DNA of 64,000 bases from an uncultured Rhizobiaceae group bacterium (lineage in GTDB: Bacteria > Pseudomonadota > Alphaproteobacteria > Rhizobiales > Rhizobiaceae). The stretch is from assembly GCA_937930635.1 (NCBI GenBank), contig CALHCF010000009.1:68702-132701 (forward strand), given 5' to 3'. The notes beneath the pieces were generated by a model. That model was not told the origin of the DNA. It saw nothing but the letters and a program-made list of their open reading frames with translations, and searched no databases. A program made the translations under genes and the position numbers. This document shows positions 1 to 10,878 of this stretch, in pieces. Each line of letters starts with the position of its first letter. Positions within the stretch are counted from its first letter, which is position 1.

Positions 1-1567
1 TCCAGTTTGGCTTTAGAGCCTGAGTGCGAGTTGCTGCCCGGCTTTTCAAAGCCTTCTTGCGAACAGGGGCTACAGCCGCGATCGACTTGCGCGGTGTTGG
101 GCAAACCTTAGCTTTCTGCTGACGCAGGTCGTACAGCAACCGATCGGAATAATCACCCAGAACCACTGGAACTCCGGAGTAGCGGGAGAAACGATCAACG
201 GCTTGCAGCGTCTTGCGACCAGCCAGACCATCAGGACGACCCGGCGAACAGCCAAGGCGAGCCAATTCGGTCTGAATAAAGAAGACGCGATCACGATCCG
301 ACAGACCTGAGGGAGCAACCGGCTGAGCAGGAGCCTGCAGATTTGCGGTCTGGTTGGTGACAGCAGGTACCGAAGTGGTTGGAACTGTCGTCTCGCCCAG
401 TCCGGCAACCTTAACTTCAGGTTGCTTCAGCTGTTGGTGCGGTTGCACCTGAATCGTGGTGTCAGGCGCTGGCGGAACCGGCGCAGTCTTGGCAAGTTCC
501 TGTGTGCCCTGAGGAGATTTTGCTTTTACCTCAAGCTGAGCAGCGCGAAGACGGGCCAGACCAGAAAACTGACCATTTGGATACTTGGCCAGGTACTGGC
601 GATATCCTTCGGCGGTGTTGTCACGCTCAACAGAAGACCAGAACACCAACTCAACCTGAATGCCGCCATTGGGATTAGGCTGCGGAGTAACGAGGTGAGG
701 TTGCGGCGTAACGGCTCCAGCAGTAGCAGGCTGGGGTGTCAAAGCGGCAACAACCTGAGGCTCTGCCTTTTTCTCCTCCAAAAGCACCACGCGATTGGTG
801 AGAGAAGAGTTTTCCCATGGAACCTGCTTGGAATTGGTTGAAGCAAGAACATCGCGGCGTACAGAAACGAGGGTGCGTGTGATGTCCTGGTTTGGTGTAT
901 CAATGTGCTTCAGCAAGGCTGTCGTGAAAGGGCTGTTGCGGCCTTCACCGTCCAACGCAACCGCGCCGGGCTTGGTCGCAAAGGAGATCAGCGTACCGAC
1001 GCCTGATCCAATTTCAGCAAGACCACTGCCGACAGATGAGGAGCGAACACCCATGGAACGGGCAAGACCGCGGCCCAGAGGGTTGTTGCGGCAGGCATCG
1101 AGGAACAGAAGTGTTGCCTTTGAATTACGCTCCATGGCGTTGAGAACCATCTTGACGGGCATCGCCTCGAAATCAAGATCGTCTTCCTCAGCAAGCTGAG
1201 CATCTACAGGCATCAGGTAGTTCTGACCGTTAACCTGAAGGCCGTGACCGGCGTAAAAGAACAACGCGACATCGGCATTTTCGGTTTTGCCGATGAACTT
1301 GCGAACCGTCTTGCGCATGTTGCGGTAATCAAGGTCCTGTCCCTCAACGACATCGAAACCGAGGTTACGCAGCTTCGCAGCCATGTCAGTGGCATCGTTT
1401 TTGGGATTTATCAGTTCCGGGGCAGTGGTATAAGCGCTATTTCCGATCACCAGTGCAACGCGCTTCTGAACTGCGGCCATCGCACCCGTGATCATCATCA
1501 CGGTTGCAAGAACAGTTGCCAACAGAAGGCGAACAGGTGCCGGAACATTGATCAGGGGCGTGTTCAT
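1..1567 (-). CDS. Secreted caspase-family (peptidase C14) protein with Pro/Thr/Gln-rich linker and a peptidoglycan-binding-like domain; runs off the left edge
   Basis: Translated by hand (absent from the ORF track because it has no stop in the window): MNTPLINVPAPVRLLLATVLATVMMITGAMAA signal-like N-terminus, KRVALVIGNSAY, FFYAGHG (catalytic His), FLDACRNNP (catalytic Cys), QVPWENSSL, ELVFWSSV..YLAKYPNGQF, IQTELARLGCSPGRPDGLAGRKT. Confidence 0.88.
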   Translation of the reverse strand, partial: MNTPLINVPAPVRLLLATVLATVMMITGAMAAVQKRVALVIGNSAYTTAPELINPKNDATDMAAKLRNLGFDVVEGQDLDYRNMRKTVRKFIGKTENADVALFFYAGHGLQVNGQNYLMPVDAQLAEEDDLDFEAMPVKMVLNAMERNSKATLLFLDACRNNPLGRGLARSMGVRSSSVGSGLAEIGSGVGTLISFATKPGAVALDGEGRNSPFTTALLKHIDTPNQDITRTLVSVRRDVLASTNSKQVPWENSSLTNRVVLLEEKKAEPQVVAALTPQPATAGAVTPQPHLVTPQPNPNGGIQVELVFWSSVERDNTAEGYRQYLAKYPNGQFSGLARLRAAQLEVKAKSPQGTQELAKTAPVPPAPDTTIQVQPHQQLKQPEVKVAGLGETTVPTTSVPAVTNQTANLQAPAQPVAPSGLSDRDRVFFIQTELARLGCSPGRPDGLAGRKTLQAVDRFSRYSGVPVVLGDYSDRLLYDLRQQKAKVCPTPRKSIAAVAPVRKKALKSRAATRTQALKPNW

Positions 1568-1826
1568 TGTTCTCTCCTCAATGATGTCAAAAGACACCAA
1601 TTTCCTCGTCAATGATGGTACAATACTGAAGTCAGCCCATCATATCTGTGCGATTGTGCACTCATGCCCCGCGTTTGTTTTATTCTCAACAGCTTAAAGA
1701 GTCTATAGATAACGACACAAAGCTTACGCATGGTAAGAAAATCAGGTGTTCGACGCAACGAATACTACAAATCAATAATAGACATGAAACAAATACAAAG
1801 ATGATTGTCCAGTCAATCAGCAGACT

Positions 1827-3116
1827 TCATGTGGACCGTTGCGCAACAGCACAGAAAAATCCGTCCGTCCCCGTGGACGCCGGTGTCAGTGTTATTGTTT
1901 TCATATCAGAAGACCAGGGCTTTGGCTTGTCATAGCCAAGCAAATCCTGCCAGACTTCGCCTACTGAAAGCAGCTCAAACTGTGGATTTTCTTCAAGAAA
2001 AACAGCAAATTGACCTTCATTTTCTTCCGGCAGGACACTGCAGGTTATGTAGATGAAATAGCCGCCCGGTCTGACAAAGGGCGCAGCTTGCGACAGGGCT
2101 TCTTCCTGTTCGGTCAGTCTGTTTTCCAGCGCTTCTTTGGTCAGTTTCCATTTTGTATGCGGATGCCGGCGCCATGTTCCGGTCCCTGTACAGGGGGCAT
2201 CAACCACAACACGGTCCATACGCCCGACAAGATCGGAGAAATCATCATCACTGCCATGGACTTGCGCATTGCGAACACCGGCCCTGCGCAACCGTTCAAA
2301 AATTGGTTTCAGACGATTCTTGTCGCTATCATAGGCATGAATCTGACCCCGATTTTCCATATTGGCTGCCAATGCGAGCGTTTTGCCACCGGCTCCGGCA
2401 CAAAAGTCGAGCACCTGTTCCCCGGGTCGCGCAAAAACAAGGTCCGACACAATCTGACTGCCCTCATCCTGAATTTCGAACCACCCCTTCTGGAACGCAG
2501 GTTCCGCCTGCACGTTGGATTGACGAGCGGGGCCCGCACCCGGATCAATCCGAATCCCATGCCGCGCAATGGTGCTTCGCCGTGCAGATGTCTTCGAGAG
2601 TGCTTTCAGCACCTTGTCCTGGCCGGATTTGAGCGTGTTTACCCGCAAATCAACAGGTGGCCGCGCCGCCATCGCCTGAGCCTCCGCGACCCAGTCCTCA
2701 TCGAAATTGGCATGCAATGAAGCTTCCAGCCATTCAGGAATATCGGCCTGAATATGGGCGGGAGCTTGTAAGAGGTCGCGGGAATTGAAAGCGGCAGCTT
2801 CCTCATCAGACAGAGGGTCAGGGGCAAACTTGTCACCTTCCAGCACAGCATTGAGAGCGCTGACATCAAAATCCCACTCGCGCAGCAATATTCCCAACAC
2901 CAACCGGCGGGTCTTGTCAGAGTCCATCAGGTATTGGGTTGAGCTCTTTTTTCGCAAGCAATCGTAGACAATATTCCCGATAGCGGCCCGATCTCCCGAA
3001 CCGGCAAAACGATGGTCCGCCCCCCAGTCCTTGAGAGACTGGGATACCGGCCGTTTGCGCCTGTCCATATCGTTGAGAACTTCAATTGCCGCCTGTGCAC
3101 GGCCACCAAGACGCAT
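1827..3116 (-). CDS. RsmB/NOP family RNA m5C methyltransferase
   Basis: EIQDEGSQ, VLDFCAGAGGKT, VVDAPCTGTG, YITCSV motifs; start placed at MRLGGRAQAAIEVL. Confidence 0.92.
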   Translation of the reverse strand: MRLGGRAQAAIEVLNDMDRRKRPVSQSLKDWGADHRFAGSGDRAAIGNIVYDCLRKKSSTQYLMDSDKTRRLVLGILLREWDFDVSALNAVLEGDKFAPDPLSDEEAAAFNSRDLLQAPAHIQADIPEWLEASLHANFDEDWVAEAQAMAARPPVDLRVNTLKSGQDKVLKALSKTSARRSTIARHGIRIDPGAGPARQSNVQAEPAFQKGWFEIQDEGSQIVSDLVFARPGEQVLDFCAGAGGKTLALAANMENRGQIHAYDSDKNRLKPIFERLRRAGVRNAQVHGSDDDFSDLVGRMDRVVVDAPCTGTGTWRRHPHTKWKLTKEALENRLTEQEEALSQAAPFVRPGGYFIYITCSVLPEENEGQFAVFLEENPQFELLSVGEVWQDLLGYDKPKPWSSDMKTITLTPASTGTDGFFCAVAQRST

Positions 3117-3118
3117 GA

Positions 3119-3538
3119 TCAGACCAGCTCTGCAAGCTGTAGGGCAAACCAGACCATCATGAGCACAGCAACAAGAAAGCAGATTGAAAACACCGGCTGG
3201 CGATACCGCAACCGGTTTGCCGTGACATGAAGATAAACATGCAGACATTTGCCAACGGAAAATGCCCATGCGAGCGCCAGCATGACCATGTCCACCTTGC
3301 CGAGTACGGCAACGCCAATGCACATCACATAAAAGAGCACCGGCAGCTCAAACTGGTTGGCAATTGCACGCGCCCACTTGCGGCTCTCGGGAACCTCATT
3401 TTCATAGGTTCTGAAATCACCGGTCTGTGCCTCGCCTGACTTGATCAGCCGCACGCGCACCCGGAATGTCAGCACATACAGCAGGAGAGTGACGGCAATT
3501 TGCAGAAGAACAGGCCAGAAAATTGCTGTTTGATCCAT
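3119..3538 (-). CDS. MAPEG family membrane protein
   Basis: 139 aa, four hydrophobic segments, NQFELPVLFY motif; usual neighbour of guaB in Rhizobiales. Confidence 0.85.
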   Translation of the reverse strand: MDQTAIFWPVLLQIAVTLLLYVLTFRVRVRLIKSGEAQTGDFRTYENEVPESRKWARAIANQFELPVLFYVMCIGVAVLGKVDMVMLALAWAFSVGKCLHVYLHVTANRLRYRQPVFSICFLVAVLMMVWFALQLAELV

Positions 3539-3546
3539 TGTATTTC

Positions 3547-5049
<1,503 letters not shown>

Positions 5050-5365
5050 TCAAACCTTAGGAAATGATGGACCAACAGCTTTCGAAAACACTGAATACGG
5101 CCCGTCGGGAGTGTCTTTGGCGACACCCTTGTTTGACGCCCTCCCCTAACATGAGCCGCCGCCACAAGAAAGAGCGGTTCAATCAGGCAAGGCACATTTG
5201 ATGTTGATGAACCGCTATCGGCCCCCTGCTTTTCACTGGCACGGGCGAAAACGGGTGAAGCATCGCCTCGAACCCGCGATTTCACTGCCAACTGCCAAAA
5301 AAACTGAAACTGCCTGATTCGTTTCGTGGGCAACCAAAAGCCCCGCGCCGCAAAAGGAGCGCAGC

Positions 5366-6103
5366 TTACGTCTTTTGTTGACTGGGCTTTCGATCTTTGG
5401 CCAACAAATAGAGTTCAACCGACCCGTCCCGGCTGGCAGGCGGTTTAACGTGGTGGACGCCTTTGAAACTCTGTTTCATCAGGCTCAAAAGCGATTGTTC
5501 CGTTCCCCCCTGGAATGTCTTGGTCAGGAAATGGCCTCCCGGTTTGAGGACCTCCAACGCAAAATCAAGCGCAACCTCCACCAGCGCCATTGTCCGCATA
5601 TGGTCTGTTCGCCGATGACCAATCGTGGGGGCCGCCATGTCCGACATCACCACATCGGGCGCATGACCGCCAAGGGCATCGATCAGCATGCCAGGGGCAT
5701 CATTATCAAGAAAGTCTTTCTGCAGGATGGTTGCGCCAGCAACAGGATCCATCTCCAGATAATCAATGCCGACAACCCGGATATCCTCGGCACTGGACCC
5801 AACTTTTGCCACCGCCACCTGACACCAGCCGCCGGGCGCTGCGCCCAGATCGACAATTCGCGCACCCGGTTTCAACAAGGCATAGCGTTCATCGATTTCC
5901 AGCAATTTGTAAGCCGCACGCGATGCATACCCTTCGGCCTTGGCGCGCTGGACATACGGGTCGTTGAGCTGGCGTTGAAGCCACAGGGTCGAAGACAGTT
6001 TGCGCCCGCGCGCCGTTTTCACCTTGGTATGCATGGTGCGGATATTGGGGCCGCGGCCAGAACCGCGCCCTCCCCCGCCCTTGTTGCCAGAAAATTTTGC
6101 CAT
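5366..6103 (-). CDS. rlmE: 23S rRNA Um2552 2'-O-methyltransferase
   Basis: [38 protein letters not shown]; start at [10 protein letters not shown]. Confidence 0.95.
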   Translation of the reverse strand: MAKFSGNKGGGGRGSGRGPNIRTMHTKVKTARGRKLSSTLWLQRQLNDPYVQRAKAEGYASRAAYKLLEIDERYALLKPGARIVDLGAAPGGWCQVAVAKVGSSAEDIRVVGIDYLEMDPVAGATILQKDFLDNDAPGMLIDALGGHAPDVVMSDMAAPTIGHRRTDHMRTMALVEVALDFALEVLKPGGHFLTKTFQGGTEQSLLSLMKQSFKGVHHVKPPASRDGSVELYLLAKDRKPSQQKT

Positions 6104-6105
6104 GA

Positions 6106-7788
6106 TCAGGTCCGCCTCGCACGATAATAAGGTGGGCGTCGCAGCCACGCATCGTCTGCATTCATCATCTCGGTAAGCAACCCCTCGCGCAGCCCCCGGT
6201 CTGCCACCCGCAGGCGCGGACAGGGCCACCTTTGTTGTATTGCCACCAAAATAGCACACCCTGCCAGGACCAGGTCTGCCCGGTCTTTGCCAATGCAGGG
6301 ATTGCGCATTCTGTCTTCAAAACTCATCTCAACAAGCTCATCCACCAGGTTGAAAACCTGTTTGGTGGACATCCACGTACCATCCACCCGCCGGCGGTCA
6401 TAGCGCGGTAATTTGAGGTGAATGCCAGCAAGAGTTGTCACGGTTCCTGACGTTCCCAAAAGGTGGACCTCTCCCTGAGAGGCAGCTTCAGTCAGCGCAT
6501 CACGCCCTTCGAACCGGTCCAGCATTTGAACAACTTCATCCACCATGTCATCGAACACAGCGCGGGTGACACTTTTACCGCCCCCATGCTTTTCAGAAAG
6601 CGTGACAACCCCCAACGGCAGCGATGTCCAGGACACCATCGCCTTTGAAAGATCATGTCGTTTGCGCCGGGAAAGGTCGAGCAATGCCAGTTCAGATGAG
6701 CCGCCACCGATATCGAAAAGGACGACCCCTCTTGCCTCCCGGTCGACCAGCGAAGAACAACCGGCAACGGCCAGACGAGCCTCGGTTTCCCGATCCACGA
6801 CTTCCAGTTTTAGTCCAACTTCTTTTTCGACCCGATGCAAAAACTCTGCACCATTTTGTGCGCGGCGACAGGCCTCTGTCGCGATCAACCTCATGCCCCG
6901 GACCTGCCGGTTAAGCAGCTTGTCAGCACAGGCACTGAGTGCACCGACTGCACGGTTCATGGCATCGTCGCTTAACCGACCTGATGCGCCAAGCCCCTCT
7001 CCCAGCCGGACAATGCGGGAGAACGCGTCTACCACGCGAAACTTGCCCGGCTGCTGCGGTACCGCGACCAGCAGACGACAATTGTTTGTCCCCAAATCAA
7101 GTGCGGCATAGGAATCGCTGTTGGAGGCATGCCGGTGCCCGGCCCGCTTGCCGCCACCATGGCCTGCATCTTTGTGCTTTGCGGCCGCGCTTTGCGGGTC
7201 AGACCGCGACCCTCTGGGGCGATTGGAGGACTGAGCAGCGTTCTTGCCTTCAATGTCACGCTTGTTGCCCGGGCGTCGGTTGCGACGCCTGGTACCTTTT
7301 GAACTGGTTTCACCAGCCCTGCTCGCCTCGCCTGCGGTCGCGGTCTTGGCGTCTGCACCAGCGTCTGCACCAACGTCTGCGGGGGTCAGCGTGTTGGGCG
7401 ACTGTGCATCCTGTTCCTCACGATTGCGCCGGCGACGACGGCGGCGGCGACGGGCCCGTTTGCCCGGTTTCTTTTCATCAAAGGGTGACTTTTGATCTGC
7501 TAACTGACCATTTGGTTGAGCAGAGTCAGTGTTGCCCGCCCCTCCGCCTTCGCTGGAATTGCTTACATGATCAACAGCAAGAGAGCTGTCGCCAAAGGCT
7601 TCTGTGCCGGTTTGAACGTCGCTTTTCGGCTTTTTGGCCCGCTTGCGGGGTCTTCTGCGCCGATGCTTCCTGCTCTTCGATTCCCCGGCTTCGTGTTGCG
7701 GGCATCGAGCATTTTCGACATTCATTCCCGGCAGCTTGGAGGAATCTTTCCCCCCGTTTGCTTCAGACACCGGAATTTCCTTCGCCAT
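6106..7788 (-). CDS. ppx: Ppx/GppA family phosphatase with about 226-aa disordered Arg-rich N-terminal extension
   Basis: [33 protein letters not shown] motifs; start uncertain (7788 or 7824). Confidence 0.88.
   Translation of the reverse strand: MAKEIPVSEANGGKDSSKLPGMNVENARCPQHEAGESKSRKHRRRRPRKRAKKPKSDVQTGTEAFGDSSLAVDHVSNSSEGGGAGNTDSAQPNGQLADQKSPFDEKKPGKRARRRRRRRRRNREEQDAQSPNTLTPADVGADAGADAKTATAGEASRAGETSSKGTRRRNRRPGNKRDIEGKNAAQSSNRPRGSRSDPQSAAAKHKDAGHGGGKRAGHRHASNSDSYAALDLGTNNCRLLVAVPQQPGKFRVVDAFSRIVRLGEGLGASGRLSDDAMNRAVGALSACADKLLNRQVRGMRLIATEACRRAQNGAEFLHRVEKEVGLKLEVVDRETEARLAVAGCSSLVDREARGVVLFDIGGGSSELALLDLSRRKRHDLSKAMVSWTSLPLGVVTLSEKHGGGKSVTRAVFDDMVDEVVQMLDRFEGRDALTEAASQGEVHLLGTSGTVTTLAGIHLKLPRYDRRRVDGTWMSTKQVFNLVDELVEMSFEDRMRNPCIGKDRADLVLAGCAILVAIQQRWPCPRLRVADRGLREGLLTEMMNADDAWLRRPPYYRARRT
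7349..7380. repeat. 12-bp tandem repeat GCGTCTGCACCA (about 2.7 copies) inside ppx
   Basis: gcgtctgcacca gcgtctgcacca acgtctgc; encodes [11 protein letters not shown]. Confidence 0.7.
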
Positions 7789-8015
7789 CCTCCGGCTCAC
7801 ACCCACGCAATATTGGGGAGCCATTGGACAACTTTTATTTCAAGTTACCGCCACTCTATCACGCAAGTGTCACCCGGCAAGTAGAATCGATCAGGCAGAT
7901 GGATCGGCAACCGCTTCAAGCGCAGCCACAATCCCCACTTGACCTAAATCTCCCAAGTGCCTACTACCACATCGCTGTTCTAAACTGACCAAAGAACACG
8001 TCAAATCACACCGGA

Positions 8016-8089
8016 TGGGGAATAGGTTAACGGTAGACCCACGGACTCTGACTCCGTTAGTCCTGGTTCGAATCCAGGTTCCCCAGCCA
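8016..8089 (+). tRNA. tRNA-Gln(CTG)
   Basis: TGGGGAA..TTCCCCA acceptor stem, ACGGA-CTCTGAC-TCCGT anticodon arm, CCTGG-TTCGAAT-CCAGG T arm, encoded CCA. Confidence 0.97.
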
Positions 8090-8137
8090 ACACCAGCCAG
8101 CTTTCGTTGTAGCCTCCATAGCGCCGTACCGTGGTGA

Positions 8138-9937
8138 TCAGGAAAGGTGATGCACTTCCTGCAGGCCATAGACCGGTGTTGGGATGCCTTCCATACGCGC
8201 CTTTATCTGTAGTGACAGAAACTGCGAATAGTGACGCGACTGGTGGAGGTTGCCACCGTGAAACCAAAGCGCATCCTGCTGGACCGGCTTCCACATATTG
8301 CGCTGTTCCCCTTCCCAGGGACCGGGATCTTTGGGTGTATCTGAGCCAAGGCCCCAACATTTTCCAACCTTGTCAGCAACGTCCTGGCCGATGAGATCGG
8401 CTGCCCAGCCATTCATTGAGCCGTACCCCGTTGCATAGACGAAGAGATCGGCTTCCAGTTTCGACCCGTCTTCAAACAGCAAACCATCTTCGACGATCTC
8501 GCTGACCTGACCGGCCTTCAGCTTGATTTCGCCATCAATGACCAACTGGCTGGCGCCAATATCGATGTAATAACCCGAGCCTCGGCGCAGATATTTCATG
8601 AAAAGCCCTGAATCATCGGCACCCCAGTCCAACTGGAAACCCGCTTTCTCCAGACCGGCATAGAAATCCTTGTCGACCTCCTTCATCTGTTCATAAAGCG
8701 GGATCTGGAATTCGTGGAGAATTTTGTAGGGCAGAGATGCAAAGATCATGTCCGCCTTCTGGGTGGTCATTCCAGATGCAACGGCCTCTTCTGAATAAAG
8801 AGCGCTCAGCCCGATATCCATGAGAGTGTCAGAACGGACGATATGGGTGCTGGAGCGCTGAACCATCGTTACATCGACGTCATTTTCCCAAAGCGCAGCA
8901 CAAATATCATGCGCCGAATTGTTGGAGCCAACCACAACAGCCTTCTTTCCCTTGTAATCATCCGGCCCCGGATGTTGCGAGGAGTGATGCTGATCGCCCT
9001 GGAATTTCTCCATACCCGGAAACTGCGGAATATTGGCTTTGCCCGACATGCCCGTCGCCAGGATCAGCTGCTTTGGTTTCAGGACAACCTCTTTCCCCTG
9101 GCGGTCGACGATAACCGTCCATTCTCCGGACTTCTCGTCATAGGCGGCGGATTTGCAGCTCGTGTTGGTCCAGTAGTTCAACTCCATGACGCGGGTATAC
9201 ATTTCCAGCCAGTCGCCAATTTTGTCCTTGGGCGAGAACACGGGCCAGTTTGGGGGGAACGGCAGATAGGGCAGATGGTCGTACCAGACAGGGTCATGCA
9301 GGCACAGCGACTTGTAGCGGTTACGCCAGCTGTCGCCCGGGCGGTCGTTCTTCTCAACAATGATGGTGGGAACACCGAGCTGGCGCAAACGAGCGCCCAA
9401 GGCGATCCCGCCCTGTCCACCCCCGATAATAACGGCATAGGGCTGGGTTTTATAACCAAGGTCCGCCGCTTCCTGTTCGCGTTCCTCTTTCCAGGTCGGG
9501 CGATTTTTGGCAGCTCCATGCTTTGCGCCAAGCGGGCGTTCATATCCCTGCGGCTCTTCATGCCCTTTCAATTCGGTCATTGAGGTCAGAAGCGTCCAGA
9601 TGAGCCCGTCTTTCAAACGCACAAGGCCATAACCGCGCGCGACCTCTGTCTCGAAAGTGATCCAAGCGGTGACAATGCCATCTTCCTTGGTGGCGATTTC
9701 CCCATCGGCAATCTGCCATTCTGCAGGTTTGACCGAGGCCAGCTGCTGCGTAAGCATATCGCGGATTTGCTCACGTCCTTCCATGGTCTTGATGTTCCAC
9801 GTAAAGGTTACGAGATCACGCCAGTAACAATCTTCCTGAAAAAGACGGACAACATCTTCGGTATTTCCAGCCAAAAGTGCTTCATTTAATTGATCAAGTA
9901 CCTTGGTGACTTCCAGATTGACGGCGGTATCCAGCAT
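8138..9937 (-). CDS. Flavin-containing monooxygenase (type II FMO) with N-terminal SnoaL/NTF2-like domain
   Basis: GGGQGG FAD motif, WRNRYKSLCLHDP, FQGDQHHSSQH (type II FMO-like fingerprint), VGSNNSAHD, YATGY; N-terminal CYWRDLVTFTW domain. Confidence 0.88.
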   Translation of the reverse strand: MLDTAVNLEVTKVLDQLNEALLAGNTEDVVRLFQEDCYWRDLVTFTWNIKTMEGREQIRDMLTQQLASVKPAEWQIADGEIATKEDGIVTAWITFETEVARGYGLVRLKDGLIWTLLTSMTELKGHEEPQGYERPLGAKHGAAKNRPTWKEEREQEAADLGYKTQPYAVIIGGGQGGIALGARLRQLGVPTIIVEKNDRPGDSWRNRYKSLCLHDPVWYDHLPYLPFPPNWPVFSPKDKIGDWLEMYTRVMELNYWTNTSCKSAAYDEKSGEWTVIVDRQGKEVVLKPKQLILATGMSGKANIPQFPGMEKFQGDQHHSSQHPGPDDYKGKKAVVVGSNNSAHDICAALWENDVDVTMVQRSSTHIVRSDTLMDIGLSALYSEEAVASGMTTQKADMIFASLPYKILHEFQIPLYEQMKEVDKDFYAGLEKAGFQLDWGADDSGLFMKYLRRGSGYYIDIGASQLVIDGEIKLKAGQVSEIVEDGLLFEDGSKLEADLFVYATGYGSMNGWAADLIGQDVADKVGKCWGLGSDTPKDPGPWEGEQRNMWKPVQQDALWFHGGNLHQSRHYSQFLSLQIKARMEGIPTPVYGLQEVHHLS

Positions 9938-10341
9938 AATGTTCTCCCATTGTTATCCTGCTTCCCCATCCCCGATATCTCATCCTATTGTCAGGACGTC
10001 GCAGAAATCAAACCGAATGAACCGGATTTGCATCACAGCTTTGGGAGTTGAACAGAATTCCGCTGACAGACTGCCCTGCGCCAGATTTAGGCGAGGCGAT
10101 AACAGCACTCGCGTTGCGCAGTAAGAGACGGTTTTTTGTGTGACATATGGCACACTCCTCAAGCAGAGCCGATGCCTTGGTTCAGTGAAAAAAATCATAT
10201 AGTACCTTGATATAAATATATATTTTCTCAAATTTTCAGTAATATTCACGTCTCAATGACGAAACAGAGAGGCCTCTTGCCGAGAGGCTAAAGCACCCAA
10301 TGTTAGGGAGGCGACGCAATAACAATAAAAAAGGAATGAAC

Positions 10342-10707
10342 ATGAAACTCTCTGTAAAAACGATCATCACTGCAGCAGCCCTTATAGCGGCACCGATTCT
10401 GGGCAGCGCACAGGCTGCTTCACTGCAAATCGGAGCGGGCGTGGACAAATCTGCAACCGTTCAGACTGTTGGCTTCAAGGTCGCAAAATTCAGCAAACAC
10501 CGTGGCTTTCGTAAACATCGCGGCATCCGCAAGCATCGCGGCATCCGCAAGCATCGCGGCTATGGCAAGCACCGTGGCTTTCGCAAGCACCGTAGTTCCC
10601 GCAAGCATCACGGCTTCCGCAAATACGGCTACGACAGGCACCACTTTGGTGGTGGTGTGAAGTTTGGCTTTGTCGGCAAACACGGGAAAGTCGGCATCCA
10701 CTTCTAG
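10342..10707 (+). CDS. Small secreted Lys/Arg/His/Gly-rich repeat protein (121 aa)
   Basis: AAGGA RBS 6 nt before ATG; signal peptide MKLSVKTIITAAALIAAPILGSAQA|A; seven KHRGxR-like repeats; followed by a hairpin. Confidence 0.8.
   Translation: MKLSVKTIITAAALIAAPILGSAQAASLQIGAGVDKSATVQTVGFKVAKFSKHRGFRKHRGIRKHRGIRKHRGYGKHRGFRKHRSSRKHHGFRKYGYDRHHFGGGVKFGFVGKHGKVGIHF
10495..10620 (+). repeat. 18-bp tandem repeat x7 (AARCAYCGYGGCWTCCGC-like)
   Basis: aaacaccgtggctttcgt / aaacatcgcggcatccgc / aagcatcgcggcatccgc / aagcatcgcggctatggc / aagcaccgtggctttcgc / aagcaccgtagttcccgc / aagcatcacggcttccgc. Confidence 0.92.
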
Positions 10708-10721
10708 GGCTCAATCGAGTC

Positions 10722-10749
10722 TTGAGGCAGGCTCTTTCGCCTGCCTCAA
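10722..10749. terminator. Hairpin after the repeat-protein gene (probable terminator)
   Basis: TTGAGGCAGGC-tctttc-GCCTGCCTCAA perfect 11-bp stem, weak U tract. Confidence 0.6.
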
Positions 10750-10811
10750 ACATCCACTGAAGAAAACTTGCTACGGTTGGGAGCGTTGCGGTTTCTGACA
10801 AACGTGCAAAG

Positions 10812-10859
10812 GCACATAAGGCGCATAAGGGCCGCCCGGCGCTTATGCGCCTTATGTGC
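10812..10859. repeat. 48-bp palindrome with 18-bp perfect arms
   Basis: GCACATAAGGCGCATAAG-ggccgcccggcg-CTTATGCGCCTTATGTGC. Confidence 0.85.
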
Positions 10860-10878
10860 AGGTATTCACCGGAACATG

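Noticed and set aside
70-1697. Short ORFs listed in the first 1.7 kb
   Set aside because: Nearly all overlap the caspase-family CDS in other frames or on the opposite strand
5275-5291. Sigma-54-like GG-N10-GC site upstream of guaB (minus strand TGGCAGTGAAATCGC)
   Set aside because: Weak match to TGGCAC-N5-TTGC and biologically unexpected; likely chance
8001-8360. 119-aa ORF ending LAGEPGFEPGLTESESVGLPLTYSP
   Set aside because: Antisense translation of tRNA-Gln overlapping the FMO 3' end; a classic spurious call
10495-10620. CRISPR array
   Set aside because: Repeats are contiguous 18-mers in a coding frame, with no spacers and no cas genes
10420-10801. Alternative-frame repeat ORFs (AAMLAD.. 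and GCRDAC..)
   Set aside because: Shadows of the 18-bp repeat; only the KHRG frame has an RBS, a signal peptide and synonymous-type variation
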